From Candidatus Parcubacteria bacterium (lineage in GTDB: Bacteria > Patescibacteriota > Minisyncoccia > UBA6257 > HR35): DNA of 64,000 bases. Both the position numbers and the translations under genes were made by a program. A model generated the notes under the pieces. That model had not been told where the DNA came from, ran no database searches, and saw only the letters and a program-made list of their open reading frames with translations. Below are positions 38,194 through 48,719 of the stretch, in pieces. The stretch is from NCBI GenBank assembly GCA_025999335.1, contig AP024681.1:78642-142641 (forward strand), written 5' to 3'. Numbering within the stretch: the stretch's first letter is position 1; each line of letters starts with the position of its first letter.

Positions 38194-38952
38194 CTAAACG
38201 ATAGGCGTTAAAACTTCATTTTTGTTATCTAAAATAACTATTGTTGCCTCAAAATGAACGCCCACCTTACCATCAGAAGTTCTAAAAACATACTCATCAA
38301 CTTCTTCGGCAACATCTGAAGAAAAGGATGCCATTGGTTCAATGGCTAGAAACATTTTTGGTTTTAACTTTGGTCCTTCATTGGGATTACCAAAATTAAG
38401 AACCTGCAAATCTCCATGAAGATAATTACCAATATCATGACCACATAAATTTTTAATAGCCTTAAAACCAGCATCTTCAATCGTACTTTCAATAACCCAA
38501 CCAATATCACCTAAAGTGTTATTAGGCAAAGCTACGGCAATAGCATTTTTTAAGGCTTGACAGGTAACATCAATTAATTGTTTAACATCTTTGCTAACCT
38601 CACCAATTGTTAAAGTTAACGCCGCATCTGCGTAAAAACCTTTATACTTGACGCCCAAGTCAAGTTTAACAACATCGCCGTCTTTAATAAATTTATTCTT
38701 TTCTGGATAACCATGAACTAAAATATCATTTAAAGAAACACATATATTATAAGGATAAGGTTTGTTTGCAAACGGTGCTTGGTAATTTTTAAATGCTGGT
38801 TCACCGCCATAATCTTTAATCACAGTAGCAGCTAAATCATCAATCTGACTTAATTCCATACCTTCTTTAATTTCTTTCTTTAAGGTTAATAAACTTTGGG
38901 TTAAGATAAACCCTGCTTGCTTCATAAGATTGTATTGAAAATCAAAATCCAT
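38194..38952 (-). CDS. map: Type I methionine aminopeptidase
   Basis: CVSLND..VHG.P; KLDLGV; ADAA; GHDIG..LH; AIEPM; HFE. Confidence 0.93.
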   Translation of the reverse strand: MDFDFQYNLMKQAGFILTQSLLTLKKEIKEGMELSQIDDLAATVIKDYGGEPAFKNYQAPFANKPYPYNICVSLNDILVHGYPEKNKFIKDGDVVKLDLGVKYKGFYADAALTLTIGEVSKDVKQLIDVTCQALKNAIAVALPNNTLGDIGWVIESTIEDAGFKAIKNLCGHDIGNYLHGDLQVLNFGNPNEGPKLKPKMFLAIEPMASFSSDVAEEVDEYVFRTSDGKVGVHFEATIVILDNKNEVLTPIV

Positions 38953-38971
38953 TGAAGGTAGCCAAATATGG

Positions 38972-41900
38972 CTATAAAAATATACTTATTTTTACTTTGC
39001 CAAAGTTTTCGTAAATAAATTCTTTCTCGGCGATAATTTTTTTCATTTTTGTGCTAATGGCTGTTTTAGTTCTTGCTAAAATATTTTTCATCCTTTGTTG
39101 CAAAATATTCATTAATAAACCGCTAGCTTCAATATTTAAAAAAACAACTTCTTTAGGTGTTAATTCAGCATCTTGTCGTAAATCTTGAATAAAACGAACA
39201 AAGTCATTTTCAATACCTATAATTTTTAAATCATCGGTAATAGTAAAATCAATTTTAATTTTTTCTTGTTGCTTAACATCAATTTTAATATCAACAACAT
39301 TAATTTCTTCTTTCAAAATATCAAGCAATTCTTCTGAAAACTTAGTATTTAAAGTAACTAATTTTAACGGCTGTCGGACTTTTAAACCCTTTTCTTTACG
39401 TAAACGATGAACTTCAGCAGCAATTTCTCTTATTTTTTCCATTTCTTCTAATAATATTTTTTCTTTTAAAGTAAGTTTTAAAGGCAAGCTTAATCTTTCT
39501 AAATGAATGCTTTCTTTTAAAGAATAGCGTTTGTTTAAATCATTTTTAATTTCTTGATAAAAATATTCACTAACAAACGGTGTTAAAGGAGCTAACATTT
39601 TTAGCAATTGGAAGAAAAAAATCTCAAAATTAACCATTGCTGAAAAAAATTCATTCTTGTTTTTTGGATTTTGAAAGCGATCTCGTGATCGTCGTAACCA
39701 CCAACGTGAAAAATCGCCTACTAATTCATAAATAACACGAGTTGCCTTATGCACATTAAAGTCAGTCATATAGTTATAATACCGAAGGTAACTTTCCTTA
39801 AATTTAGCTTCAAACCATAAATCAATAACTTCCTTTTTAGGTGAGCCTTTAAAGTTAAATTTTTGGTAACTATAATAAAATTTATAAAAATTAAAAATAT
39901 TAAAAAGCAAACCAAAAAAATCATTTTTGATTTTTAACAATTCTTTCGCGTCAAAACTTTTATTATCATAGATTTCATTAAGATATAACAAATAAAATCT
40001 CAAGGGATCAGCTCCGTATTGATTAATAATTTCCATAGGATCAGTAACATTGCCCAAAGATTTTGACATTTTAATACCCTTTTCATCTAAAACAAGTCCG
40101 CTAACAATAACATTTTTATAGGGTGCTTGTTTTTTAATTATTGAGCTAATCACCAATAAAGTATAAAACCAACCTCGCGTTTGATCAATGCCTTCAATAA
40201 TAAAATCTAAAGGAAATATTTTGTTGCTATCTATTTCACTTTTATTGGCAAAAGGATAATTATTGGCTGCAAAGGGAACGCAACCTGAATCAAACCAAAT
40301 ATCAGCAATTTCACTAATCCTCTCGTAAACTCCTCCACATTGACATTGCCATTTTATATTATCTACAAAAGGACGATGTAAATCTAGCTCGCCTTCCTTA
40401 TTACGAGGATAGGTAATAAATTTAACATTCCTTACTTCAGCTGTTTTATATTCTTTTAAATCCTGCCTACGTATTGTTTTTAAATTTAAACCTTTCATTT
40501 CAGCTTCGAGCATCATTAATACAGCGCCATGGGAAACAATCAAAATATTTTTGTTCTTATGTTTAGCTTCCAGCTCTAATAAAAAGTTTATTGCGCGACG
40601 ACGAACATCGTCAAAACTTTCACCATTGGGAAGCTTTTTAAAAAAATCTTTTTTATCTTCTAATCGATCTAACAAATATTCTTCTAAATCTCGAGAACTT
40701 TTACCCTGAAAAAAACCAAGATCTAACTCTCGCAAACGCTCATCAACAAAAAATGGTTTTTTAATTTCGTCGGCTATAATCATTGCTGTCTGTTTAGTTC
40801 TTAAAACAGGCGAAGTATAAATAATATCAATTTTGTTTTTTAAATTTTTAGCTTGTTTTTTAACATCGCTAACTCCTTTCCTCGTCAACGGATTAAAAAA
40901 TAACTCAGGATAAGAGGAAAGCATATTTTTAACAAGAGACAAAGAACCACCATGTCTCATTAAGTAATAATTATTGTTGGCTGCTGGTAAAAATTTAGCC
41001 AAATCATTTAAACTACCTATAACTTCAATCTTTTGACATTGATGACAACGCCAAATAGGCAAAGGTATGCCCCAAAATCTTGTTCTTGATAAATTCCAAT
41101 CTTTACCTTCTTTAATCCATTCATAAAAACGATTATAAGCGCTCACAGGAATCCATTTGACAATTTTATTATTATTAACAATATCTTTTTTAATTTTAGA
41201 AACTTTAATTACCCACGATCTGTTGGCTTTATAAATTAAAGGCTTTTTGCAACGCCAACAATGGGGATAATTATGTTCATAAGTTTCTTCTTTAAATAAC
41301 AGATTCAATTTTTTTAGAGAATCTAAAATTAAACGATCGCTGTCTTTAAACAATAAACTCTTTGTTTTAATAACCAATTCCTCATTATTGCTATTTTGAT
41401 TTTTATTAATTTTTATATCAATCACAAATTGACCCTGATCATTAAGATAATCAAGCATACCTAAATTGTTTTCTAAACCTAATTTAAAGTCCTCTTCTCC
41501 ATAAGCTGGCGCTATATGAACAATACCCGTACCCTCACCTTCAACGACAAAATCACCTTTATAAACTTTATATAAATTGCTTACCTTTTGAATGTCTTTA
41601 TAAAATTTATTATTAGTGTCATCAATTTTATCATTAAGCAAATCAAATAATGGTTTATAGCGTCTACCAATTAAATCTTTACCTCTTTTTTTACGAATAA
41701 TAGGATAATCAAATTTTTTATGTGACCAAATCAAACCATTGTCAGTTTTATGCAAAAAATAATCAAAATCAGCATTAACAGCTAAAGCAAGGTTGCCCGG
41801 CAATGTCCACGGCGTTGTTGTCCATACTAATAAATATTCTTTATTATTTGTTCTCTTGTTCTCGTCAATAAGTTCGAATTTAATATAAGCGCTTATATCT

Positions 41901-42496
41901 TGAACATTTTTATACGCATCCGGCATACCTAATTCAGCTTGAGCCAAAATTGTTTCACAACGAAAACAATAAGGGTAAATTTTCTTTTCTTCGCTTAAAA
42001 GTCCTTGATTGTAAATATTTTTTATCACCCACCAACAACTCTGCATATAAAAAGGATCAAAAGTAATATAAGCTTTTTGATGATCTATCCAAAACCCCAT
42101 TTTTTCATCCATATTTTCCCAAACATTTTTAAACTGAGTTACCAATGATTTACATTCTTGATTAAAATTATCAATACCATAATTAAGAATATCTTTTTTT
42201 GATTGAAAACCTAATCTTTTTTCTGTAGCTACTTCTATAGGCAAACCATGGGTATCCCAACCAGCACGTCGAGGCGTATAATAACCAATCATAGAAAAAA
42301 ATCGTAAAATAGAATCCTTATAAACACGTGTTAAAAAATGGCCCATATGAGGTTTATCGTTGGTATAAGGCGGACCTTCTAGCCAATTAAAAATTTTACT
42401 TTTATTGTTTAACTTATTTAAAAGTAAAGATTTCTCAAAAATTGAATTATTTCTCCAAAAATTAAGAATTAATTTTTCAATTGATTTAATATCCAT
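38972..42496 (-). CDS. ileS: Isoleucine-tRNA ligase (type 2) with inserted histidine-phosphatase domain
   Basis: EGPPYTND.PHMGH, GWDTHGLPIE, WTTTPWTLP, SRTRFWG, EGIDQTRGWF, KMSKS; insert MRHG...LRELDLG...VSHG. Confidence 0.95.
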   Translation of the reverse strand: MDIKSIEKLILNFWRNNSIFEKSLLLNKLNNKSKIFNWLEGPPYTNDKPHMGHFLTRVYKDSILRFFSMIGYYTPRRAGWDTHGLPIEVATEKRLGFQSKKDILNYGIDNFNQECKSLVTQFKNVWENMDEKMGFWIDHQKAYITFDPFYMQSCWWVIKNIYNQGLLSEEKKIYPYCFRCETILAQAELGMPDAYKNVQDISAYIKFELIDENKRTNNKEYLLVWTTTPWTLPGNLALAVNADFDYFLHKTDNGLIWSHKKFDYPIIRKKRGKDLIGRRYKPLFDLLNDKIDDTNNKFYKDIQKVSNLYKVYKGDFVVEGEGTGIVHIAPAYGEEDFKLGLENNLGMLDYLNDQGQFVIDIKINKNQNSNNEELVIKTKSLLFKDSDRLILDSLKKLNLLFKEETYEHNYPHCWRCKKPLIYKANRSWVIKVSKIKKDIVNNNKIVKWIPVSAYNRFYEWIKEGKDWNLSRTRFWGIPLPIWRCHQCQKIEVIGSLNDLAKFLPAANNNYYLMRHGGSLSLVKNMLSSYPELFFNPLTRKGVSDVKKQAKNLKNKIDIIYTSPVLRTKQTAMIIADEIKKPFFVDERLRELDLGFFQGKSSRDLEEYLLDRLEDKKDFFKKLPNGESFDDVRRRAINFLLELEAKHKNKNILIVSHGAVLMMLEAEMKGLNLKTIRRQDLKEYKTAEVRNVKFITYPRNKEGELDLHRPFVDNIKWQCQCGGVYERISEIADIWFDSGCVPFAANNYPFANKSEIDSNKIFPLDFIIEGIDQTRGWFYTLLVISSIIKKQAPYKNVIVSGLVLDEKGIKMSKSLGNVTDPMEIINQYGADPLRFYLLYLNEIYDNKSFDAKELLKIKNDFFGLLFNIFNFYKFYYSYQKFNFKGSPKKEVIDLWFEAKFKESYLRYYNYMTDFNVHKATRVIYELVGDFSRWWLRRSRDRFQNPKNKNEFFSAMVNFEIFFFQLLKMLAPLTPFVSEYFYQEIKNDLNKRYSLKESIHLERLSLPLKLTLKEKILLEEMEKIREIAAEVHRLRKEKGLKVRQPLKLVTLNTKFSEELLDILKEEINVVDIKIDVKQQEKIKIDFTITDDLKIIGIENDFVRFIQDLRQDAELTPKEVVFLNIEASGLLMNILQQRMKNILARTKTAISTKMKKIIAEKEFIYENFGKVKISIFL

Positions 42497-42519
42497 AAAT
42501 AAAAATCAAAATAAAAGTA

Positions 42520-43413
42520 CTAAATAATCATTGACCGTAAAATTTTTATTCTTTCTTCGATAGGAGGATGGGAAGAAAATATATTGCCTAACCAATTAAT
42601 AAAACCTTTTTTATCTTTAAAAGGATTAACTATAAAAAGATGAGCTGTTGCCGGCGAAACATTTAAAGGAATATTTGCGCCAGAAATTTTTTCTAAAGCC
42701 GAAGCTAAACCATCAGGATTTCTTGTAAGTAAAGCGCCTGAAGCATCAGCCATAAATTCTCTTTTGCGCGAAATAGCTAAAGTAATAAGTTGCGCAAAGA
42801 GCGGAGCTAGAAAAGATAGCATAAAACCGATAACAAAAAAAATGGCATTACCTTTCTCTCGATCCTTGTTGCCAAAAAAACTTAGTCTTAAAAAGATATC
42901 AGCCATAATAGCAATAATACCAGCTAAAATTGTCGCTATCATCATTACTCGAATATCATAATTTTTAATATGGGAAATTTCATGAGCAATAACTCCTTCA
43001 AGTTCTTCTTTATTCAATTTTTCAATAATACCAGTTGTTAAAGCAACAACAGAATTTTTTGGCGATTTACCAGTAGCAAAAGCATTCAAAGCTGAAGATT
43101 GAATTAAATAAACTTTTGGCGTTTGTGGCAAGCCAGCGGTAATGGCTAAATTTTCAACCATTCTATAAATCTCCGGCAAATCTTGCTTATTAACTTCCTT
43201 TGCGCCATTAAGAGTCAAAATAATTTTATCGCCTATAAACAAACCAAGTATATTAACTATAACTCCAAAAATAATAGAACCAATAAAAATCGCATCATTC
43301 TCTAACAAATAAGCAAATAAATAGCCTATTCCAAAAACAAACCCCAAAAACAAAGTCATTAACATTATAGTTTTTGTATTGTTTATAGCCACTGCTTTAT
43401 AAGCTGTTTGCAT
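42520..43413 (-). CDS. htpX: Zinc metalloprotease HtpX (M48)
   Basis: NAFATG, HEISH, SRKREFMAD, SSHPP. Confidence 0.93.
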   Translation of the reverse strand: MQTAYKAVAINNTKTIMLMTLFLGFVFGIGYLFAYLLENDAIFIGSIIFGVIVNILGLFIGDKIILTLNGAKEVNKQDLPEIYRMVENLAITAGLPQTPKVYLIQSSALNAFATGKSPKNSVVALTTGIIEKLNKEELEGVIAHEISHIKNYDIRVMMIATILAGIIAIMADIFLRLSFFGNKDREKGNAIFFVIGFMLSFLAPLFAQLITLAISRKREFMADASGALLTRNPDGLASALEKISGANIPLNVSPATAHLFIVNPFKDKKGFINWLGNIFSSHPPIEERIKILRSMII

Positions 43414-43589
43414 AATATATTCGTTAAATATTATAACAATCTAGACGCTTAAATATAATAATTTTGATTATATCATAAAATCACCTAAGCCAACAATTGA
43501 AAACTAAATCTTGCTAAGTTTTAAAAACATCCAACAATACTACTAACACCTTAAATAAATTTTTAAAATTAGTTTAAAATAAAAGAAAT

Positions 43590-45791
43590 ATGGAAAATAT
43601 CAATAATCAAAAAAAATTCTCTATCAAATATATTATCGAACAAAAACCCTTGGAAGAAAAAACAACTCAAAATGTTTTTGATGAATGGTGCCGAATCAAC
43701 GATTCAATCATACCTATAGTGGTTGACCGTCAACAATGGGAGAAAATAAATAAAAAAGATATTTTTAAAAAACTACCTAACGGAAAAATTATTTTAACAA
43801 TACCTGAAGATTTACATTTATGGGAAATGGTTGGTATTATGGAAATAGTTGATCATGAAACTTTTAAAAATAAACCTGAAAAACAAAAAGAAGCGAAAGA
43901 AAGGATAGAAAATCTTGGTAAACTTTTTTGTCAAATTGGTATTTACATTGCAAAACGAATTAATAAAATCAACAAAGGCAAAAAAATAGCCGCAGCTTTA
44001 GCGGAAGAACTTTACCAATATGGCCAATCTCTCATTAAAGGTAAACAGTCGCAAGAAACTGTTGAAATTCAAGATTTAGCATCTTTGCCATTAACTTCTG
44101 AAGAAACAAAAGCGATTGACCGTTTTTTAGCTGGCGATAGTTTGCATACCCGTAGATATAAAAAACTTATAGCAAAACAAAGAATAAATTTTTCAAAAAC
44201 AAATGATGAAATTGAAGAAGAAGAAAGGCAAAGAACATTAGCCCAATTTTTTCGCGTCGCTGAAAAAGCTTTTCTCTTAAAAAATAAAAGCGACAAAGGA
44301 GAATTATACAGAGGAGATCATAGTTTAGCTCCTTGGGAAGATTACACACCCATCCATAATGCTTTCATTCAAAAAGTTGAGCAAGCATTAAGACAAAAAA
44401 TAGAAATTCCCCAAGAAGAATTTGAAATGTCTATTTTGCGTCGTGCTTTTGAAAATATCGCTAATGAAATTAGCAAAAACCCGTCGCGTTTAACAATAAT
44501 TATCAATAAATTTTTAGCTAAAATCGGATTTAAACTAATTCAAGGAAAACAAAAACTTAAAGATTTATTAAATATTGAACAACTAAAAAAAGAATTAAAG
44601 ACAGCTTACCAAAGCGAAGATTTAAAAAGAATTAGCGAAAAAGAAATAGAAATTGCTAGCAAAATTCAACGAGCAGTTTCAAAATTTCCCTATAAAATAT
44701 CTGGCCACAACCCTGCTCAAATACTTATAGAACGTTACATTAATTGTGTTGGAGCTACAATTTTAGGAGGAATTTTTATGAAAGAAGTTGGTTTAAATTA
44801 TTTAGTCGGCGGTTTACCAATGCATTCCATAATTATTTTAGTTACTGCTGATGGACGACTTTTTTTATATGATATGCAACTAACGTCTGCTTATGAAATA
44901 AAAAATAAAAATTTACTGCCAATCAAACAAGAAAAAATAACCGTCCAAAATATCGTTGATTTTGCTCAAGATCCAGATAATATTTATGATAATTTATTAA
45001 TAAATATTATTACCCCACATGGCATACAAATAGATGAAGATTCAAAGGATTCACAAAATAAACCAGTGATGCTTAGTCTTTATAAACCTGAATATGGACA
45101 AAGAATGCAAATACTTTTTAACACCGCGGATGCCTTCATAGAATCAGGTCGTCTTAATGAAGCTGCAAAGATATATGAACAATTAATCGCCGCTGACACA
45201 AAATACCCTTATACTTATCTAGGCTTAGGGAATATTTACGCTCATAAAAATAACTATAATAAAGCGATTAAAATGTATAGAAAAGCTTTAGCTATTAATC
45301 CTAATTTTGATACAGCTTATTACTATTTAGGTAATGTGCTTTTTAAAATTAGTAATTACAAAGACGCTGTTCAAGCATATCAAAGAGCTGTAGCTCTTAA
45401 TAATAATTTTTACTTAGCTTATTGCCGCTTGGGTATTGCTCTTTTAAAATTAAAGCGTTATGAAAATGCTATCTTTGCCTTACGTCGCGCAATAAATATT
45501 AAAGAAAATGACTGCCTACCTTTTTATTATTTAAGCGTAGCTCTTGTAAAACTTGAAAGGTATAAAGAGGCAATTGATGTATGTAAAAAAGCAATTCATA
45601 TTAATCCTAAATTTTATTATTCTTATTTCCAGTTAGGTTATGTTTTATATAAAATAAAAAATTACAAAGAAGCGCTTGAAGCTTTAAATAATTTTCTTCA
45701 ATACGCTGATAAGACAAAAGATAGCACTTTAATAAATAATGCGAATATGATTATAAAACAAATAGAAAATTTAAAAAATAATCAAAGTTAA
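43590..45791 (+). CDS. TPR-repeat protein with probable transglutaminase-like (Cys-His-Asp) central domain
   Basis: About six C-terminal TPRs (YLGLGNIY...YRKALAINP); central INCVG...LPMHS...LYD. Confidence 0.8.
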   Translation: MENINNQKKFSIKYIIEQKPLEEKTTQNVFDEWCRINDSIIPIVVDRQQWEKINKKDIFKKLPNGKIILTIPEDLHLWEMVGIMEIVDHETFKNKPEKQKEAKERIENLGKLFCQIGIYIAKRINKINKGKKIAAALAEELYQYGQSLIKGKQSQETVEIQDLASLPLTSEETKAIDRFLAGDSLHTRRYKKLIAKQRINFSKTNDEIEEEERQRTLAQFFRVAEKAFLLKNKSDKGELYRGDHSLAPWEDYTPIHNAFIQKVEQALRQKIEIPQEEFEMSILRRAFENIANEISKNPSRLTIIINKFLAKIGFKLIQGKQKLKDLLNIEQLKKELKTAYQSEDLKRISEKEIEIASKIQRAVSKFPYKISGHNPAQILIERYINCVGATILGGIFMKEVGLNYLVGGLPMHSIIILVTADGRLFLYDMQLTSAYEIKNKNLLPIKQEKITVQNIVDFAQDPDNIYDNLLINIITPHGIQIDEDSKDSQNKPVMLSLYKPEYGQRMQILFNTADAFIESGRLNEAAKIYEQLIAADTKYPYTYLGLGNIYAHKNNYNKAIKMYRKALAINPNFDTAYYYLGNVLFKISNYKDAVQAYQRAVALNNNFYLAYCRLGIALLKLKRYENAIFALRRAINIKENDCLPFYYLSVALVKLERYKEAIDVCKKAIHINPKFYYSYFQLGYVLYKIKNYKEALEALNNFLQYADKTKDSTLINNANMIIKQIENLKNNQS

Positions 45792-45804
45792 AATAAATTA
45801 GATA

Positions 45805-47022
45805 TTAATGTTTAAATCCCAAATATTTACTAATAGCTTCGTCCATTTTAGCTATTAACCATAAAGGCAAAAACCATCCAATTGCCAATCCCCAAAGACC
45901 AAGAGAAGTAACAATAGCAACGCCTGAAACTTTCAAAAAATCTTTTGTTTTCCTCAAAACCTTTGGAGCAATGCCAGGATCTTTATTTTTTTTATATTCG
46001 TCAATATCTGGTTTTAGTTCTTCTAAGAATTGTTTACATTTATTTAGTCCTTCTCTAATTTTCTCTAAATCTTCCTTTGATGCTCCAGTTTCTATCATTT
46101 CTTTGTATACTTCTTCTAAACTCTTAAGAAAGCTTCCAATTGATCTTAAATTATTTTTAATATCAGGAGGGGCATCTTTTAATAAAGAATTGTACAAATC
46201 ATATGTCTCTTTAAAAAGATTATTAATTTCTGCTTCTCCCTTGACTGTTTCAGTATAAGTTCCTAACCATATATCAAAAATATCTTTTAATTTATCGGGA
46301 GTAATATAAAATTCGTAGATATTTCCGTATTTCTTGATATTTAGCTTTGCTAATTCCTCTTCACTGCTATTTTTCAATTCATCAGGCAGTAAATTTTCTT
46401 CAAACCATAAAGTTATCCTATCTTTACCTTTTTGTAAATCTTCAATATAACTTTGAACACCCTTAAAAAAATCGCCAACCTCAAATCCTGGTCTAATTTC
46501 TGGCTTTGGCGGCAACAATTTTTTAAAACCTAAAGCTATATATGGTGGCCATAAACGAAAATAAAATTTCTCTTTTTGACTAATTAATCTTTCAAAATCT
46601 TCTTTAAATCTCTCATCTTTAGTTGTTAAATAAAGCCAACCCCTTAATTCTTGAGGATCATTAATCTGATCACGAAAGTTAACACCTTTTTTTTCTGGAT
46701 GCTTGCGAAAAATATCAATCAAAGCAGCTTGTAATTCTTGATTTAAAAATTTTTTATCTCCTTCTTGTCTAATTAATCGTTCCAAAATTTTTTGTTTTTC
46801 TTCATCGCTAATTTCTAAATCGTTTATTTTTTCTTCTAATTGTTGAATAAATGTTTCTTCATTAAAATATTCTCCTGTCTGATTAATAAGTTCTCTCATA
46901 AATTCTTTAAAATCTAATCCTTCAATTCTCTCGTCTTGTAATACTTGGCGTTCTAATAACTTAAGAGATTGATCTAAATTAAATTTTCTTAAATGCTCTT
47001 TAATATTGCGAAGCATTTCCAT
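45805..47022 (-). CDS. Hypothetical helical protein with C-terminal hydrophobic segment
   Basis: 405-aa E/K/L-rich ORF; VAIVTSLGLWGLAIGWFLPLWLIA near the C-terminus. Confidence 0.75.
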   Translation of the reverse strand: MEMLRNIKEHLRKFNLDQSLKLLERQVLQDERIEGLDFKEFMRELINQTGEYFNEETFIQQLEEKINDLEISDEEKQKILERLIRQEGDKKFLNQELQAALIDIFRKHPEKKGVNFRDQINDPQELRGWLYLTTKDERFKEDFERLISQKEKFYFRLWPPYIALGFKKLLPPKPEIRPGFEVGDFFKGVQSYIEDLQKGKDRITLWFEENLLPDELKNSSEEELAKLNIKKYGNIYEFYITPDKLKDIFDIWLGTYTETVKGEAEINNLFKETYDLYNSLLKDAPPDIKNNLRSIGSFLKSLEEVYKEMIETGASKEDLEKIREGLNKCKQFLEELKPDIDEYKKNKDPGIAPKVLRKTKDFLKVSGVAIVTSLGLWGLAIGWFLPLWLIAKMDEAISKYLGFKH

Positions 47023-47040
47023 TAATCATTAAAATTAAAT

Positions 47041-47751
47041 TTAAATAAGACGCCACTTATTTTTATTGTTACGAATATTTCTTAATTTTTCAGCTAAGTT
47101 TCTGTCAAGTTCTTTGTATTTATCTCTTATTTTAGGATAGTTTTCCTTTATTAGATTAATTATTTCTTCCAATCCTTTACCAGTTGTTTTTGATATTTTC
47201 TGAAAAGCATCTTTAATAATTTCCCAGATAGCTTTTAAGTCAATCTCGACTCCAGACTTTGCCAATTCTTTTCTTAATCTCTCTAAATTTATTAAAACAT
47301 TAATATACTCATCAATCTCTTCAGCTGTAAATGATTTTATAAATTCATGATGCTTTGACGGAGAAAAACGCAAAAGAAATGTTCTTTTAACCTCTGTATT
47401 TTTGCTTGCGGCAATTATTTCTAATTCTTCTAGTTCTAGCGTTGCTGATTCTATTGATTCTTCTGCTTTTGTTTTTTTTGCACCAGCCTTAACGCCTCTA
47501 GCTACTTGCTCTAAAATATCTGCAATAATTTCAAACTGAACACCTTTAAACCCTTTTTCAAAAATTTGAGCGCCGCCACCTATTATATTTGCAATAATCC
47601 TTCTTGCCTTTGGATTTGAAATAAGTTGTTCTGCTATTTTGCCACTTTTATCTCCTATATAATCACTAATTTCAGTTAAAACTCCACCCCATATAGCTCT
47701 TATTGCTGTATCCAAATTTATACCTTTTTGGTTGTCTCGATTTTTAGGCAT
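47041..47751 (-). CDS. Hypothetical helical protein
   Basis: 236-aa ORF, co-oriented and 18 nt upstream of the previous gene. Confidence 0.7.
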   Translation of the reverse strand: MPKNRDNQKGINLDTAIRAIWGGVLTEISDYIGDKSGKIAEQLISNPKARRIIANIIGGGAQIFEKGFKGVQFEIIADILEQVARGVKAGAKKTKAEESIESATLELEELEIIAASKNTEVKRTFLLRFSPSKHHEFIKSFTAEEIDEYINVLINLERLRKELAKSGVEIDLKAIWEIIKDAFQKISKTTGKGLEEIINLIKENYPKIRDKYKELDRNLAEKLRNIRNNKNKWRLI

Positions 47752-47790
47752 ACGCTAATTATACTATAAAAATTTAAAAAAGCAAAATTA

Positions 47791-47845
47791 TTGACGAAAT
47801 AGGCATTTTGTGATATAATAAAAGTTAGAAATCTAAAAAAGGAGG
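47791..47845 (+). promoter_or_regulatory. Near-consensus sigma70 promoter plus Shine-Dalgarno
   Basis: TTGACG (47791-47796), 17-nt spacer, TATAAT (47814-47819) preceded by TGn extended -10; GGAGG at 47841-47845; ATG at 47855. Confidence 0.85.
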
Positions 47846-47854
47846 ATATTTTTT

Positions 47855-48706
47855 ATGAATTTAATTTTTCAAGCTCTAGGGTTGCTGGGCGACATTGTTG
47901 TCGTCTGGTTTGTGCCCATTCTTGGCGTCGCTATCGCGGCGCCGGTTCTGGCGGTTGTAATTGCCGCCAATAATTCGGTTGGCGGGGGGATTGTTCTTAC
48001 TATCGCTGCCCTTCTGGCATGGGCTTGCGCCGTCCGCCAGATGTGGTGGCAGATGTGGGCGTGTCTGGCGGCACTTTTGCCGCTGGCCGCGCTGGCATTC
48101 ACCGCGCCTCTCTGGGCCCGTTACTGGGCCCTGGGTCTCCAGGCTCTAGCTCTGGGGATTCTTTTTATCGTCCCTGGAGCTATCTGGCCCTCTGCCCGGG
48201 CGGTTTTTTGGGTTTGGCTTGTCGCTGGAGTCGTCCTCACCGCCATTCTCGCCGGTGGAGTTTTCACCGGCGGAGCGGTGGCGGTTGTGCTCCTAGGTCT
48301 TCTTCTCCTAGGAGCTGGAGCGATCCTTTTCTCCCAAGGAGCCCGGCCTTGGGAAATCCGGCGCGCTCAGCGCCAGACCGCAAGGGTCCTAACTGGTCTC
48401 GGCGTTGCCGCCCTGGCAATCGGGCTTTTTAGCCCGGTTGTCAGGAATTGGCAATTGCCCGAACTTCGGGCACCGGCGCCCATCGCCAATATGTGGGCCT
48501 ATTTGTCGGCTCACACAGAGAAATGGGCGCTAAGTGCCCAAAGGGGTCTACTCGGCGAGCGGGCTAAGACCAGCTCGCTTGAGGAGATGGGGGAAGCTGC
48601 ACAGCTGGCTCACAAAGCCCGCTGGAAGCGGCTCATCACCCAGGTTCCCGATGCTCCTCCTTCGCGGGAGGAATGGCGGGATCTGGGGATCCCTCAAGAT
48701 CCCTAA
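47855..48706 (+). CDS. High-GC multi-pass membrane protein of unknown function
   Basis: Ala/Leu/Val/Gly/Trp-rich with roughly 7 hydrophobic segments; flanked by promoter, SD and terminator. Confidence 0.85.
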   Translation: MNLIFQALGLLGDIVVVWFVPILGVAIAAPVLAVVIAANNSVGGGIVLTIAALLAWACAVRQMWWQMWACLAALLPLAALAFTAPLWARYWALGLQALALGILFIVPGAIWPSARAVFWVWLVAGVVLTAILAGGVFTGGAVAVVLLGLLLLGAGAILFSQGARPWEIRRAQRQTARVLTGLGVAALAIGLFSPVVRNWQLPELRAPAPIANMWAYLSAHTEKWALSAQRGLLGERAKTSSLEEMGEAAQLAHKARWKRLITQVPDAPPSREEWRDLGIPQDP

Positions 48707-48719
48707 CCATCCCCCAACC

